Below, in pieces: positions 25,599-38,142 of a DNA stretch of 64,000 nucleotides. Position 1 is the first letter of the stretch. The number at the start of each line of letters is the position of its first letter. A program made the position numbers and the translations under genes. The notes under the pieces are model-generated. The model was not told the DNA's origin and ran no database searches. It saw only the letters and a list, made by a program, of their open reading frames with translations. Origin of the DNA: Asterias rubens. Taxonomy: Eukaryota. The stretch spans positions 24,118,001 to 24,182,000 of the forward strand of contig NC_047063.1 in assembly GCF_902459465.1 (NCBI RefSeq), in the 5' to 3' direction.

Positions 25599-27301
25599 TG
25601 ATATATTGGTGAGTTATTTAAGGTTTGTTGTATTGCATTTGCAAACACACACGAAATGGTATGCGCCCTCTATTGTTATTACAATGTAAGGTTTTGTGCA
25701 TGTGTCAGAATGTGGTGCAACATAAAACAAAAACAACACAATAGTTATCTTTTGCTAACATAAGATCTTACTGATTGTTTGGTGCACTTGGTATTTTCAA
25801 CAAAGGAGGCATAAAATAAAGTGTTTTAATTTACAATTGAGTGAGTACACTAACTAAACCTCAATAATTAAATTGACTTAATAAATAAAATCATGAAAAT
25901 TGCTAATTTTGTTTTTAGTTTTAAATTTATCCAGGCGCGCGCCTTGTTATTATGTTAATGCATGTTTGTTTGTTTGTTTGTTTGTTTAGATGATCTTTCC
26001 ATCAAGGGAACTCGGTAGGGAAAGGGATATAACGAGGCTGGCAACAACCACTAAAGTAAAGTGAATTGAATTAATTGAATTGAATTGTATCTCTCTGATC
26101 TCATACAAACATTGCCGGTCTAATGTCTATGAGTATGACGATACGATACGAATTGCACATCAAGATATTGGAATACAACAACTTAACAAGTGACAATTAT
26201 TTTACCAAATGTGTCAAGTGCCTTTAAAGGCAGTGATGGACACTATTGGTAATTACTCAAAATAATTTTCCGCATTACCCCACTTGAGTAACTAATGGGG
26301 AGAGGTTGATAGAATAAAACATTGTTAGAAACGGCTCTCTCTGAAGTGACATAGTTTTCGAGATTTTAAAAAGTAGTTTTCCACGAATTTTATTTCCCGA
26401 TAGTCCTAGAATTCTTTTGAACTATGACTTTTGTTGTATGGGTTTTGTTCCAATTGACCGCCGAGCGTCTATCAAGAAGGAGACGGTAGTCAAACGAATC
26501 TCAAGCCTAGTTGTGTATTCTTCTTCCTTCCTGGGTTCGTCAACCAGAAACATACAATTCACCAAAATTCAATCAGTCTTTTTCAAATCTATTGTTTATA
26601 AATTGATACAGCCTTTGTTTAACTTTGTTTAAACATGGAGGAAGGAATGGTTTAAAGGAGAGTTGAGTTTAAAATGGGGCCTACCCCTACATGTATACAT
26701 TTATTAAGCTTGAACTTGAAGTCTGAAGAGACCCACTCCAACATTCTTTAAAAAGTCATCACTTAAAAATGTAGCTAAGTGGAATAGCCCAATCCATTAT
26801 AAGTGGGTTGGCATTCTATATACAATTTATTAAAATAGGCTATTTAAAGCTAGGCCTAGATTAGTTTCGATAACGTACGTAACCCTCCTCTACATTATCG
26901 CAACTACTAACTAGGCCTATATTTGACTACATTCTTTGGAGCAGATTAGTTTTGTTTGTATGGGGGAAAAGTATAAATCAATACCCTGCAACTTGGTTAT
27001 AGCAAATAAGCATGACACGGACGCTCATCAATACACCCACGGATGTTCACACCCACTGCTATGGCTACGCACCAGACAGAGACTAGAGTTGCAGGGTCCA
27101 CTGACATCAAGTCATTGACATGTATTTCGTATTTCCCACTGTTGTGCAATAATGAGACTGTTGTGTAAGTTCTCAGCTCCAGGTGAAGTACATTACATTA
27201 TTACTTGATCTTAAAGTGACGGTGTGGTCGATAACATTTTCAGAGTAACAAACTTTGAAGGAGCTGAGGAAGAGTCAAGAGTGACGTGATAACAGAATAA
27301 G

Positions 27302-30300
27302 ATGGCAGGCGTACGGACGTACACCCAGGAGTTGGAGTATCTTCATCAGCTTTCCCCAAACATATGGCAGATCAAGAAAGGATTTGTTCCAAACATGAAG
27401 GTTAGTTTAATTACTAAACTGTGAATTATTCTACTGGAAAATAATCAAAGAAATTCGTTAATATTGTGAGTACTGTTTATTAAGATTCTGAAAAGGTGTT
27501 CAAAATTTAACCCTCGTACCATAAACCGTGTTTCTCAAGACAATCCATCTATAGAGTGGAGCCATACCCAAAAGGCTTCAATGAGACTGAACGAGACCAA
27601 TTTAAGTGGTGGACAATAAATCGAAGGGCGAGCGGTTAAACACAATTATTCATGTTTAATTATGGGGCCATCATTGCTGAAGTGCAAGCTTCAGACATGA
27701 TGCCAGGTCTCTGTGCAGTGGGGCCATGCAATAAGATGAATGGGGATTTTGACTGTGTTCTTTCTTTGTGACATTTACTTTGGACGATATGCACTGTGGG
27801 CAGTGTAGATTGCTTACCAGAGTGCTGGGCGAAAATATTGTTGAATTCTGGGCAGGCCTGCCCAGTGTTACCCACCGTGGCTACGACCCTTGTCATTTGG
27901 ATTTGGTGATCAAGATCTGTGGCACCAATCGACCAACCTTACAACTTTACAGTATAAAATATCAGGAACAATACTAGTACAGAGTATTAGATGAAGAACT
28001 TTTAATAAAGAAATTGCAAATTCAATGGCTGGAAAGTGTGTCATGTCTTACTTCACCATTATGTGCATTTAGCACTGCACCCCATAAGGATTTTAAGACA
28101 TCTTGAAGTATGCCCTATATCCATATGTGGGAGAGATTAGTGAAATAAATGCTATTTAGTGTGCGAGTTCCAGATGCATAAAAATGTTGAGGTACATGTA
28201 TAGTTCTTGATTCTTTAATTTCCAGGTTGAGGGAAGATTTTATGTCAACAGTAACTTGGAGAAGCTGATGTTTGAAGAGCTGAGGAACTCTTGTGCCAAC
28301 AAAGGTACATTATTTAATAATACTCGGTTTTTATATAGCGCTTTATAATATGTTATTTTTAAAATAATACTTGGTTCTTTATAGCTCTTTATAATATGTT
28401 ATTTAATAATACTTGGTTCTTTATAGCGCTTTATAATATGTTATTTAATAATACTTGGTTCTTTATAGCGCTTTATAATATGTTATTTAATAATACTTGG
28501 TTCTTATATAGCACTTTATAACATCCCTATAAGGGGCGTATCCAAGCGCACAGTATTTTTACCTGTAAGGTTTATGGAGCTACGATTTGAAGTATGAGAC
28601 CTATTCCTTTAAAGCACTCATTGGTTTACAAGCTTGGGCTGTGGCCCAACATGCAGCCAATTAAAACAGGAACAATAACAATAATAATAACAGTATTTAT
28701 AAAGCGCCAAATTGCCAAAGGATACAAGGTGCTGAGAAGGAAAGAAGAGGGAAAAAAAGCGGAACAAAGATAAAGACGACCAGCTACGAAGAGGCAAAAA
28801 GGTGGGTTTTAGAGCACGTTTGAAGGCTGTGACACTGTTTGAGCTTCTGGTAAGGGTAGGTAGAGAATTCCATAGTCGGGGAGCAGCAATTGAAAATGCC
28901 CTATCACCTGCAAGTTTATGGGTTTTGTGAACTGAAAGGGATTTACCAGTAGTAGAGCGAAGAGAGTACGAAGATGTCTGGAGTGAAAGGAGAGAGGAGA
29001 GATAATCCAGGGCATAGTGATTGAGGGATTTATATGTGTGGACCATTTTACGGAATTGAATGCGTTGGGCAACTGGAAGCCAGTGTAATTGCTTGAGAAG
29101 TGGAGATGAGTGAGTGAATTTGGGCAGCTTAAAGATAAGTCTGGCACAGCGGTTTTGGAGCCGTTAAAGGCGGGAAACATCTTTCTGTGAAACACCATTC
29201 AGGAGGCAGCAGCCATAGTCCAGCTTGGACAGAATTAAGGCACGAACAGCATTATGGCAGGCGCTGAAATCAAGAAACCTCCTGATACGGCTTAGGTTGC
29301 GTATATGCCAGTTAAGAGAGCGACAGAGCTGAGTAATGTAAGCAGACATGGACATGTTGCGATCAAAAACAACACCTAAGTTTCTGACAGATGGAGAAGG
29401 ATGAATTTGAGTGCCATTTAGATTAAAGGTGAGGTGATCCAGATTTTTGAGGTGAGTGGAAGAGGCTGCAACGAAGAATTCCGTCTTATCCGGGTTCATC
29501 TTGAGCTTATTGGTGACCAACCAGGATTGATTGAACACCAGGGTGAACCCCCTTTACTTTTTGGTAAGTGCACTTGGTTCTTTTAAAGGCGTTACACAAC
29601 ACACGGGACCCAACGGCTTTATGTCCCATCTGAAAGGCGAAGCAATAGTAAAGTGTCTTGCTTAAGAACACAAGTGTCACGACTGGGACTCGAACCCACA
29701 CTCAGCTCTGAAAAGAAACACCAGAGTTTGAATTCGGTGCTCTTCACCGCTCGGCAGCGACACTTCCCTTTAAAAACACATTTTGGCGAAATATGATGTA
29801 CAAACTAAATGACTTATACAAGAGAGGTTTGCAGTAACACCATGTGAATATCTTTTTTTTATTTTATCCATTGTCCCTGTAGCCATGGGTGGTTTTTTAC
29901 CAGGAGTAAAGCAGATCGCCAACGTTGCAGCCCTACCGGGTATAGTTGGCTACTCAGTGGGCCTACCGGACCTCCATTCTGGCTATGGATTTGCAATAGG
30001 TAAGTGAATACGTACATCTCCAAATAACCCACTGCACCCACAGCTATTGCCGCGGTGCCCTGTGCTTTTGCTGAGGTGCCCTGTGCAAGAGTCCAATACA
30101 AACTTACTGTGTCCCTACAAGTAAATTGCTGATCAAGGGGGAAGTTCAAGGCCTGTGACTGCATGCAAACCTTGCAGTGGTTGGGACTTATTTGGTTGCA
30201 ATGCTATGTTCCTCCAGAAGGAGCCCATTCTCACAATGTTTTATACTCCTTTGTTGGCTAACAAGTAGGTTTTTATGCTATTAATTCTTTCTTTTTTAGT

Positions 30301-33300
30301 AATTACCAATAGGTCCAGTGCCTTTAGTTAGTTCTTCAAGTTTGTCTTGCTTATTCGTTTTTTCCCGAATGCGCAGGTAACATGGCTGCATTCGACATGT
30401 CAGATCCAAATGCTGTTGTCTCGCCAGGGGGTGTAGGCTTTGATATCAACTGCGGCGTGAGACTCTTAAGAACAAATCTAGAAGAGAAAGATGTTCAACC
30501 GGTAAAAGAACAGCTAGCTCAAGCAATGTTTGATCACATACCAGTGGGGGTAGGGTCAAAAGGTGTAATACCAATGGGAGCCAGGTATGTTGGACAAAGT
30601 TAAAAACAATAACAACTGTAATGAGTGTGCACAACATTTGAAAATATTCAAAGATTTGAATGTAACTTAAATGCAGGCCTGGAATTTCATCTTTGTCAGG
30701 GCAAGGCCATTTTTGAAAAGGGCTATTGAAAAAACTCAAAGTCTATTGGAAACGGATGCCAATGGCCATGGCCTCTTTGAAATTCCAGGTCTTTAATTTA
30801 GAAAGGGCACTTCCATTAGGAAAATATAAAGTCTATGGGTAACCTTTGGAAGGGGCACCAAGGCCAAGACCAGGGCAACGGAGGCCATTCCATTTCCGAA
30901 ATTGTGCTTCAACTTTTGCAAAATTATTTGTTGGGTCAAAAACTGCGGGTACAGGGGTTGATTTCACAAAGAGTTAGGACTAGTCCTAGGAGATATAAAA
31001 AATGCATGGCTAGTCTTAAGTTAGGACGAGTAACTCATCTGAACTCGAGATAAGACTAGTCCTAACTCTGTGTGAAATCCACCATGGTTTTTGGACAATT
31101 ACCAGTATTGGCTGCATGCTTTAAAGCGACCAAATTGGTTTTCCTAGTGCTCATCATTATGCTCAGTTTTTAGTCTCAAACTTGAAGTTGTTTGTTAGCA
31201 GCACTGTTTCAATTATGACTTATGTTTGTATGATTTAATGCCAATATTCAGTAAGCAATGCAGTTATTTTGATGTGTTCCAAAAAACTTATTGAGTGTGA
31301 ATACTTCTGTATGAAAAGTTTTGATATGAATTAAGATGCTAATGTATTTAGCAATTTCCGTTCTTGATCCTGGCAGAGATCTTGAAGAAGCCTTGGAGAT
31401 GGGAATGGACTGGTCTCTAAGAGAAGGTAAGTGTGGAAGAAAACAACAAGGGTACATGAATTACTAACGAAAAGTGTGCTGTGGAGATAATGAAATTCAA
31501 TCCTGGTTTATTTCTGCGACAGACATTTAACGACTTGTCAACAAGTGTACCCTCTTTGAAGCTACCCTTGTATATCACCTGGCACACTTATGTCAGTGAG
31601 ATTAATTTTTTTAAATTATTATTCATAAATACCTAAGACAGTTTATCCACTCTGATTGGTCGAGAGGGCATCACGAGGGGTCGTTTGAACGGATGATATA
31701 CCATTTCATAGCTGGAGGGGTGTTGTGTTTAAAGAAATCATTGAAGAACTATAATTTTTGCATTTATTTTACCGTTTGACCAAGAAGTGTTTTTTGGCCG
31801 AAAAGGTATTTATGAATGGGACTCAAAGTGTGTTGAATCGGTTTTCAACTAGTGGTTTAAACCCGCCGAGGCCTGGTTTACCCGCCGAGGCCTTTTCCTC
31901 TCGGTAAAATTATCAAATCCAGGCCTCGGCGCAGGTTTAAACCACTAGTTGAAAACCTCTTGACCACACATTGATTCCCTTATTATCGTTACAAAGCAAG
32001 TTTGTTTTTCTCTCTCTTAACTATTCAGGTTATGCCTGGGCCGAGGACAAGGAACATTGTGAGGAGTACGGGAGAATGCTCCAAGCTGACCCCAGTAAGG
32101 TCAGCTCCCGTGCAAAGAAAAGAGGGCTCCCTCAGCTGGGGACGCTCGGTGCGGGCAATCACTACGCGGAAATACAGGTTGTGGATGAGATATACAACGA
32201 GCATGCCTCCAAGAAGATGGGAATCGATCACGTAGGACAGGTCAGTCAGGTCTAAAATTTTACACTGGACCACAGGCCCGAGGCCAGTAGTTTTAGTGTT
32301 GAGTGTTTTGTGAGTTTCTTTTTTTAGTTGAATATTAAAAGAGTTATACCTCACTGTTTAACGTCTCAAAAAAAAAAAAATATGTTAAAATGTTGACTTT
32401 GAATCTGATAGAATACCTTTCAATTCTACTGAGTAATGACATAATGAAGTCTACTCTCTAAAAAAAATGTGTAACTAAAATACATGTTAATAAACTGGTT
32501 CAGGTTTTTTTATTCTTTCTCATTTTGATTCTGGTCCTTTAGAAAGAATTCTGGTCCTGTAAACGTTTTGAGCCACAAGCCGTGTAAGTCTTGTGGATTT
32601 TCCACACCATTTCAAGCCCTGTCAGAGATTTTATAGTTAGTCAGAAAAGAAACAAGAAGTCCAATTTAAAAGTGGTGTGTTGTGACAGAGCGGTCAAGTT
32701 CACCAAACCCAAGCAAATCCCGGTCATAACACTTGTGCTCTTGAGCAATGCGTTTAACCACAATTACTTTTGAAATTCTGCTCTACCAACCAGGCCCTAA
32801 AACACAAATTGAAATAAATTATTATTTTTTTATTTATTTATTATATATATTTTTTTGGGGGGAGACAAACTCTTAAAGGAGAAAATAACAGGAAAACCCA
32901 CCCTTGTTTCCGCACGTTTCGCCATGTCATGACATGTGTTTACTATAAATCCGTAGTTCTCATTGTCGACAATTGATAATTGTTTCATGTTTTCTCAAAA
33001 AGTAAAGCATTTCATGGAAAAATGTTTTAAGAGAAGTCTTTTACCTTTACCTTCTATAAACCCTTTAAAGCCATTATACACTTTCGGTAAACAGTATTGT
33101 TTAAGTCCCACACTTCGTGTATCACAACTTATATATAAAACAACAAACCTGTGAAAATTTAGGCTCAATCGGTCATCGGAGTCGGGAGAAAATAACGGGA
33201 AAACCCACTCTTGTTTCCGCGCATTTCGCCGTGTCATGACATGTGTTTAAAACAAATCCGTAATTCTCGCTAACAAGGAATTATATTGTTTTACCATTTT

Positions 33301-36300
33301 CTCAAAAAGTAAAGTATTTCATGGACTAATATTTCAAGAGAAGTCTTTAACCATTACCTTCTGTAAACCCTGTAAATTATTTGTAAATCTGTGAACTTTT
33401 TTTGTTTTTTCTGTACCGAAAGTGGCTTTAAGTTATTTGTAAATCTGTGAACTTTTGTTTTATTTTTTGTTCGGAAAGTGTATATTGGCTTTAAAGAAAT
33501 GGAGATATAACCATATAATAACGCCCCAGATTGCAGAAAAGGGGTTTTAAAACTAAGATAATTTTCGAGCTTGCATGCTTTCGCAATTCATTTTTTTCTC
33601 TCAACAGCCTATCACATCCCTGTAATTGGTTTCCTTCCCCCCCCCCCTTCAAACAGGTGTGTGTGATGATACACAGTGGCAGTCGAGGATTAGGTCACCA
33701 GGTCGCGACCGATGCTCTTGTTGCCATGGAGAAAGCCATGAAGAGAGACAAGATTGACGTCAACGACCGTCAGCTAGCATGTGCTAGAATTCATTCACCT
33801 GAGGGTCAAGACTACCTGAAGGGAATGGCGGCAGCGGCAAACTATGCTTGGGTCAACAGAACGAGCATGACGTTCCTCACTAGACAGGTTAGCTCATAAG
33901 ACCACTGGGCTTGCAGTCACTGGACTAAACAATACTTACCAGGTCCTTCGTAATTGTTATAGCCTGAATTACATGTTGTATAATATAAATATAACAATAA
34001 GACTTGTAATGTGGTGGTATCCATCCTGCTTGGTGTTCAAGGCACAGACAAACGAAAAACAAAGAAAAAACAGGCACAACAAAATTAGTCCTTGAAAACC
34101 TGTGACATAAAATACGTAAAGACAAGATCTGAGATTAAGTGGTAGAGAGTTCCAGATGCATGGCCGGCTGAAGAAAAAGACCTGACACCCCATGAGTGTC
34201 GAGACTTGGGTTCAATGAGAAGAAGCATGGAACTTGATCGAAGATTCCTTGATGGAGTTTAAACTTGAAGTATATCAGAAATATAGTGGGGAGCCCTGCC
34301 ATTAAGAGCTTTGTGGACAATGAGCATCAGCTTGAAGATGATTCGTTGAGAGATAGGGAGCTGTAGTTGTTTCAGAATGGGGGTGATAGAACAGAATTTC
34401 CTAGACAGTGTCACAATGCGGGCAGTGTATTTTGGAGGCGTTGTTGTATAATTATGTGTTTGTACATTGGTAGGGAAAAACACTACCAAACTTGACTTGT
34501 GTGACTGGCCCTGTGCTACAGCAAAATACTTGAGGAGTTACTAAAAAAACCTCTGAGTGAATGGTCTCTAATCATGTTATACGACCAAGAAAATTATGCA
34601 ATTATTAAGTTTAATATGATTATGTTTTGTTTACATTTTAGGCATTTGCCAAGCAGTTCAAAGAAACACCGGATGAACTGGACATGCATGTCATTTATGA
34701 CGTATCACACAACATCGCTAAGGTGGAGGAGCACATATCCTTTGTCATTATTTATGTTTTCAACTTTATAATATTTCATGAGAAAAATTTATCTGGCAGT
34801 TAAACTCACTGGACACTATTGGTAATTGTCAAAGAAAAGTTTTCTCACTTTGTGTATCTCAACATATGCATAAAATAACAAACCTTTGAAAATTTGAGCT
34901 CAAATCGGTTGTCAAAGTTGCGAGATAACTATGAAAGAAAAACACCATTGTCACATGAAGTTATGTGCTTTCAGTACTTGATTTTGAGACCTCAAAATCT
35001 AATTCTGAGGTCTCAAATTAAAATTTGTGGCAAAATTACCTCTTTCTTGAAAACTACGTTACTTCAGAGGGAGCCGTTTCTCACAATGTTTTATACTATC
35101 AATCATTCCCCATTACTTTTTACCAAGTAAGGTTTTATGCTAATATTTATTTTGAGTAATTACCAATAGTGTCCACTGCCAGTTGTCTTCAGGTTGTGAC
35201 AGAGCAGTCGGGGACTGACATTTCATTATGATCAGGCAGGCCCTGAATTTCATTCTGGAAAGGGCACAACACAAAAGTACATGGCACCACGGCACTTGCT
35301 GTGTGTGTCGTGGGTTATTTCGGCGCCTGAATGATGCTGCGCCTGAGTTTAGCCTGTTGCAAAAAAAACACATGTTAGAAACCAGGGTTGCAACATCCTT
35401 TGATGTGTAAAGGGAACAAAGGGAAGTGGCCGAGCGGCTGAGAGCACCAAATTCAAACTCTGGTGTTTCTGATCAGCAGAGTGTTGTTGGGTCCCCAGCC
35501 GTCACACTTGTGTCCTTAAGCAAGACACTTAACCATTGCTTCGGATGGGACGTAAAGCTGTTGGTCCCATGTCTTGTGTAACGCATGTAAAATAACCCAG
35601 TGCACTTATCGAAAAGAGAAGGGGTTCGCCCCGGTGTTCCTGGCTGTGGCTGCTGTATGCGCCATGCACCTTGTAAACCCTTATAAAGTACTAAATAATT
35701 GGAATCAGAATTCATCACTGCAATAACCTATCTTTCTAAAAGGTTATATACTCAGCGCCTTGAGTACCTTGTTTGGTAGATGGGTGCGCTATATAAGACT
35801 TCGATATTATTTTTATTATTATTAACAAAGTTCCACAATGCAATGGTTCCTAATAATCAAATACACACCACAAGACCCTAAATTCTTTCGGAGATAAATC
35901 CTTGACTGATCCTCACATCTTAGACGGAAAGCAGAAGACGCTTCTTGTCCATCGTAAGGGATCAACGAGAGCCTTCCCTCCACATCACCCTCTCATCCCT
36001 GTGGATTATCAGGTCAGTAGTTTAAGCTCATCCCTAAATTGCAAGTGAGGCGGTACTAGCTTAGCTACAAGAAGGGGAAATCTTAAGTTTAGTTATGCTA
36101 ATTTCTTGCCACCATTTACAAAGTCTAAGTAAGTAAGTATTAAAAATTTAATTAGGTATTTGTATCAGTGTACAAGTGCAAAAAATGCCATCTTGATTTT
36201 GCAAGTAAAATGTGTCTCACGCATAAAAATGCTCCAGGCAAAAGCATTGTCTGGTGGCATGTACTTGTTTTAGGTTTACCTCAGTAAAACAAGACAAAAT

Positions 36301-38142
36301 TAATGAATGAATGAATAAATAGATTGTATTGTTGAGGAAAGGTTTTTTGTCTCCCTCAGATGACTGGCCAACCCGTTCTGATCGGGGGTACCATGGGAAC
36401 CTGTAGCTACGTGCTGACTGGAACAGAAAACGGAATGAAAGAGACATTCGGGACAACGTGCCATGGAGCTGTGAGTATTAAATAGAATTTGGATGTGAAT
36501 AAAGGAAAATAGACTACAACAGGATTTGAACCTGCGTCATTTGGATTAACGAGCTGGCACTCTACCAACAGAACCATCTAGCACAATGTTGGCATTCCAC
36601 CTTTTATGAATTATATGGTGGGGGGGGTCGGAGAGGTTCAGCACATACAGGTACACTCTCAGCCAAAACTGGTCTAGTACAAAATTATCTGTTTAAATTT
36701 TAACTGTGAGAAAACAGAATTAGCTGTTTCAAACTGCTTATCAACCTATGGTACAACTTTTTTTTTTAAATGGGTAATAGCTTGATGTGCTGACCCTATC
36801 TACTAGCAGTAGAGTCTTCCTTGAAGGCTAAATGACAACACAACAAACATGAATTGGTAACTAAGTTACAGGACATAACAAAGTTAACTACAAGGCTAAA
36901 TGACACACAACAAACATGAATTGGTAACTAAGTTACAGGACATAACAAAGTTAACTACTATTCAAGAAAGACTCTGCTAGGGCCATGAACTGATTTTTAC
37001 ATATTGATAATTAATCTACATTTTGTCTGCTTTTTATGCCTAGGGACGTGCCTGGTCTCGGTCTAAATCACGACGTAATCTTGACTACCATCAAGTGTTG
37101 AGCAAACTTCAGTCTCAAGGAATCTCTATCAGGGTGGCATCACCAAAGCTCGTCATGGAAGAGGTAATAATAATAACAATTTATTGACTTATATTTTGTC
37201 TATTCTGTAAAATGTACACAAGTGCATAACAAAATAAATAGACAATGATTTAAAAGCTAACAACTGGTAAAAAGCAAGGAAATACCACAATCCAAAAATA
37301 TGGGGAAAAAACAAGACTCCCCAACAGTTTTGGCTGAGGTTGAATGTGCTAAACCTCTCCCCCAAAATTGTTTCTTTTGTTATAGTTGTAGTTTTTTCTT
37401 TTGAGTTTTATCCCAATGATGATGGATTCCAAGGCCGAGTTCGAGCGGTTTATTTTTGGATAGTCAAGAACAAGTCAAGAATATTGTTTGAACTTTTGCA
37501 TGGTGTAGGATCGCTGTTCTTGTTTCATCCGCTCAACAATGATGTGATATAGCGCACGAAAAGTGACTGGTACTGGTCAAATGTGACTACGTGGTGGGTC
37601 AGTCAAATAGGCTGATGGGTAGAAACTTTCAAACTTTTTTGGGGCGATATCTGTTATTAGTCTAATGTATTATATTCAACTTATCAAAATAAACAATCTA
37701 TTTGAGCACACCAAAATTTTAGTTTTATCTCAGGAACACACAAATTTGCTTACCAGAATAAGGTTTCAAACCAAAGTACAATTTTTACCTGTACAAAATG
37801 TGACTGGTGTCCTGTTTATTTTTGCTTAGCAGACAAAAATTGCTAAGCATAATTCTCTGCTTAAGCATCTCTGTGAAATCTACATTTATATCTGATTAAA
37901 ACAATGAAACAGTTCCATTAATGGCATGTTAATGGAATGTTGATAGTAACTTGTTATCCTTTGGATAAAAAGTTTTATTTATTTATATCCTCATAATTGT
38001 TTGTTTTGCCTCCCTCTCTTTCTCTCTTTCTCAGGCACCCGAGTCCTACAAAAATGTCACTGATGTCGTAGACACTTGTCACGCAGCGAACATAAGCAAG
38101 AGGGCAATTAAGCTCAGACCCATCGCAGTTATCAAAGGATAG
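27302..38142 (+). CDS. RTCB: RNA-splicing ligase RtcB (tRNA ligase catalytic subunit), 12 coding exons, 507 aa
   Basis: Exons 27302-27400, 28226-28304, 29883-29999, 30377-30584, 31377-31426, 32029-32240, 33657-33887, 34642-34734, 35917-36012, 36360-36470, 37044-37163 and 38035-38142. Motifs GFDINCG, GAGNHY, IHSGSRG, VHRKG, TCHGAGR and C-terminal LRPIAVIKG. The frame is continuous only if intron 8 is spliced AT-AC. Confidence 0.97.
28313..28520. repeat. 42-bp minisatellite, about 5 copies, directly after the RTCB exon 2 donor
   Basis: Unit ATTTAATAATACTTGGTTCTTTATAGCGCTTTATAATATGTT at 28401, 28443 and 28485 (last copy diverges), plus flanking variants. Confidence 0.9.
28670..29535 (-). mobile_element. 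5'-truncated L2/CR1-type LINE (RT C-terminal region and 3' tail), RTCB intron 2
   Basis: Frameshifted ORFs [12 protein letters not shown]...VRNLGVVFD...ILSKLDYG and [17 protein letters not shown]...FKRALK are typical L2-clade ORF2 ends; TTA-rich tail at about 28670-28690. Confidence 0.88.
29527..29765 (-). mobile_element. tRNA-derived SINE (family S1), RTCB intron 2
   Basis: The minus strand has A-box-like GCCGAGCGG and B-box GGTTCGAGTCC, followed by a body matching 35425-35815. Confidence 0.75.
32873..33493. mobile_element. MITE family B, one complete copy (33065-33493) plus an upstream partial copy
   Basis: TTAAAGCCATTATACACTTTCGG ... CGGAAAGTGTATATTGGCTTTAA; orientation opposite to the 23631 copy; the right end is duplicated. 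Confidence 0.7.
33960..34450 (-). mobile_element. Degenerate L2-like LINE 3' fragment, RTCB intron 7
   Basis: Remnants [39 protein letters not shown] and [11 protein letters not shown]. Confidence 0.75.
34810..35180. mobile_element. Family A MITE inside the U12 intron of RTCB
   Basis: TGGACACTATTGGTAATTG ... TTACCAATAGTGTCCACTGCC; orientation reversed relative to the 49442 copy. Confidence 0.75.
35425..35815 (+). mobile_element. tRNA-derived SINE (family S1), near full length, inside the RTCB U12 intron
   Basis: GTGGCCGAGCGG head, body cacttgtgtccttaagcaagacactt, and an L2-like tail gcgctatataagact...attatt. Confidence 0.75.
36824..36959. repeat. About 68-bp tandem duplication, RTCB intron 10
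   Basis: AAGGCTAAATGAC...AAAGTTAACTAC at 36824 and 36892. Confidence 0.9.

Larger units (their letters stand above)
34735..35916 (+). other. U12-type (minor spliceosome) AT-AC intron, RTCB intron 8, 1182 nt
   Basis: The 5' end is ATATCCTTT. Branch site TCCTTGAC lies at 35899-35906 and the terminal AC at 35915-35916, with no polypyrimidine tract. Splicing joins GAG GAG CAC to ATC TTA GAC (EEH|ILD), restoring the conserved [20 protein letters not shown]. Confidence 0.95.

Noticed and set aside
26410-26632. Short ORFs between the UQCC5 and RTCB starts
   Set aside because: No homology recognised and no supporting gene structure.
27660-27977. Overlapping ORFs in RTCB intron 1
   Set aside because: No recognisable domain, no convincing splice partners, and short enough to be chance.
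34723-35923. GT-AG interpretation of RTCB intron 8
   Set aside because: It removes 19 coding nt and frameshifts the conserved protein; the AT-AC boundaries fit exactly.
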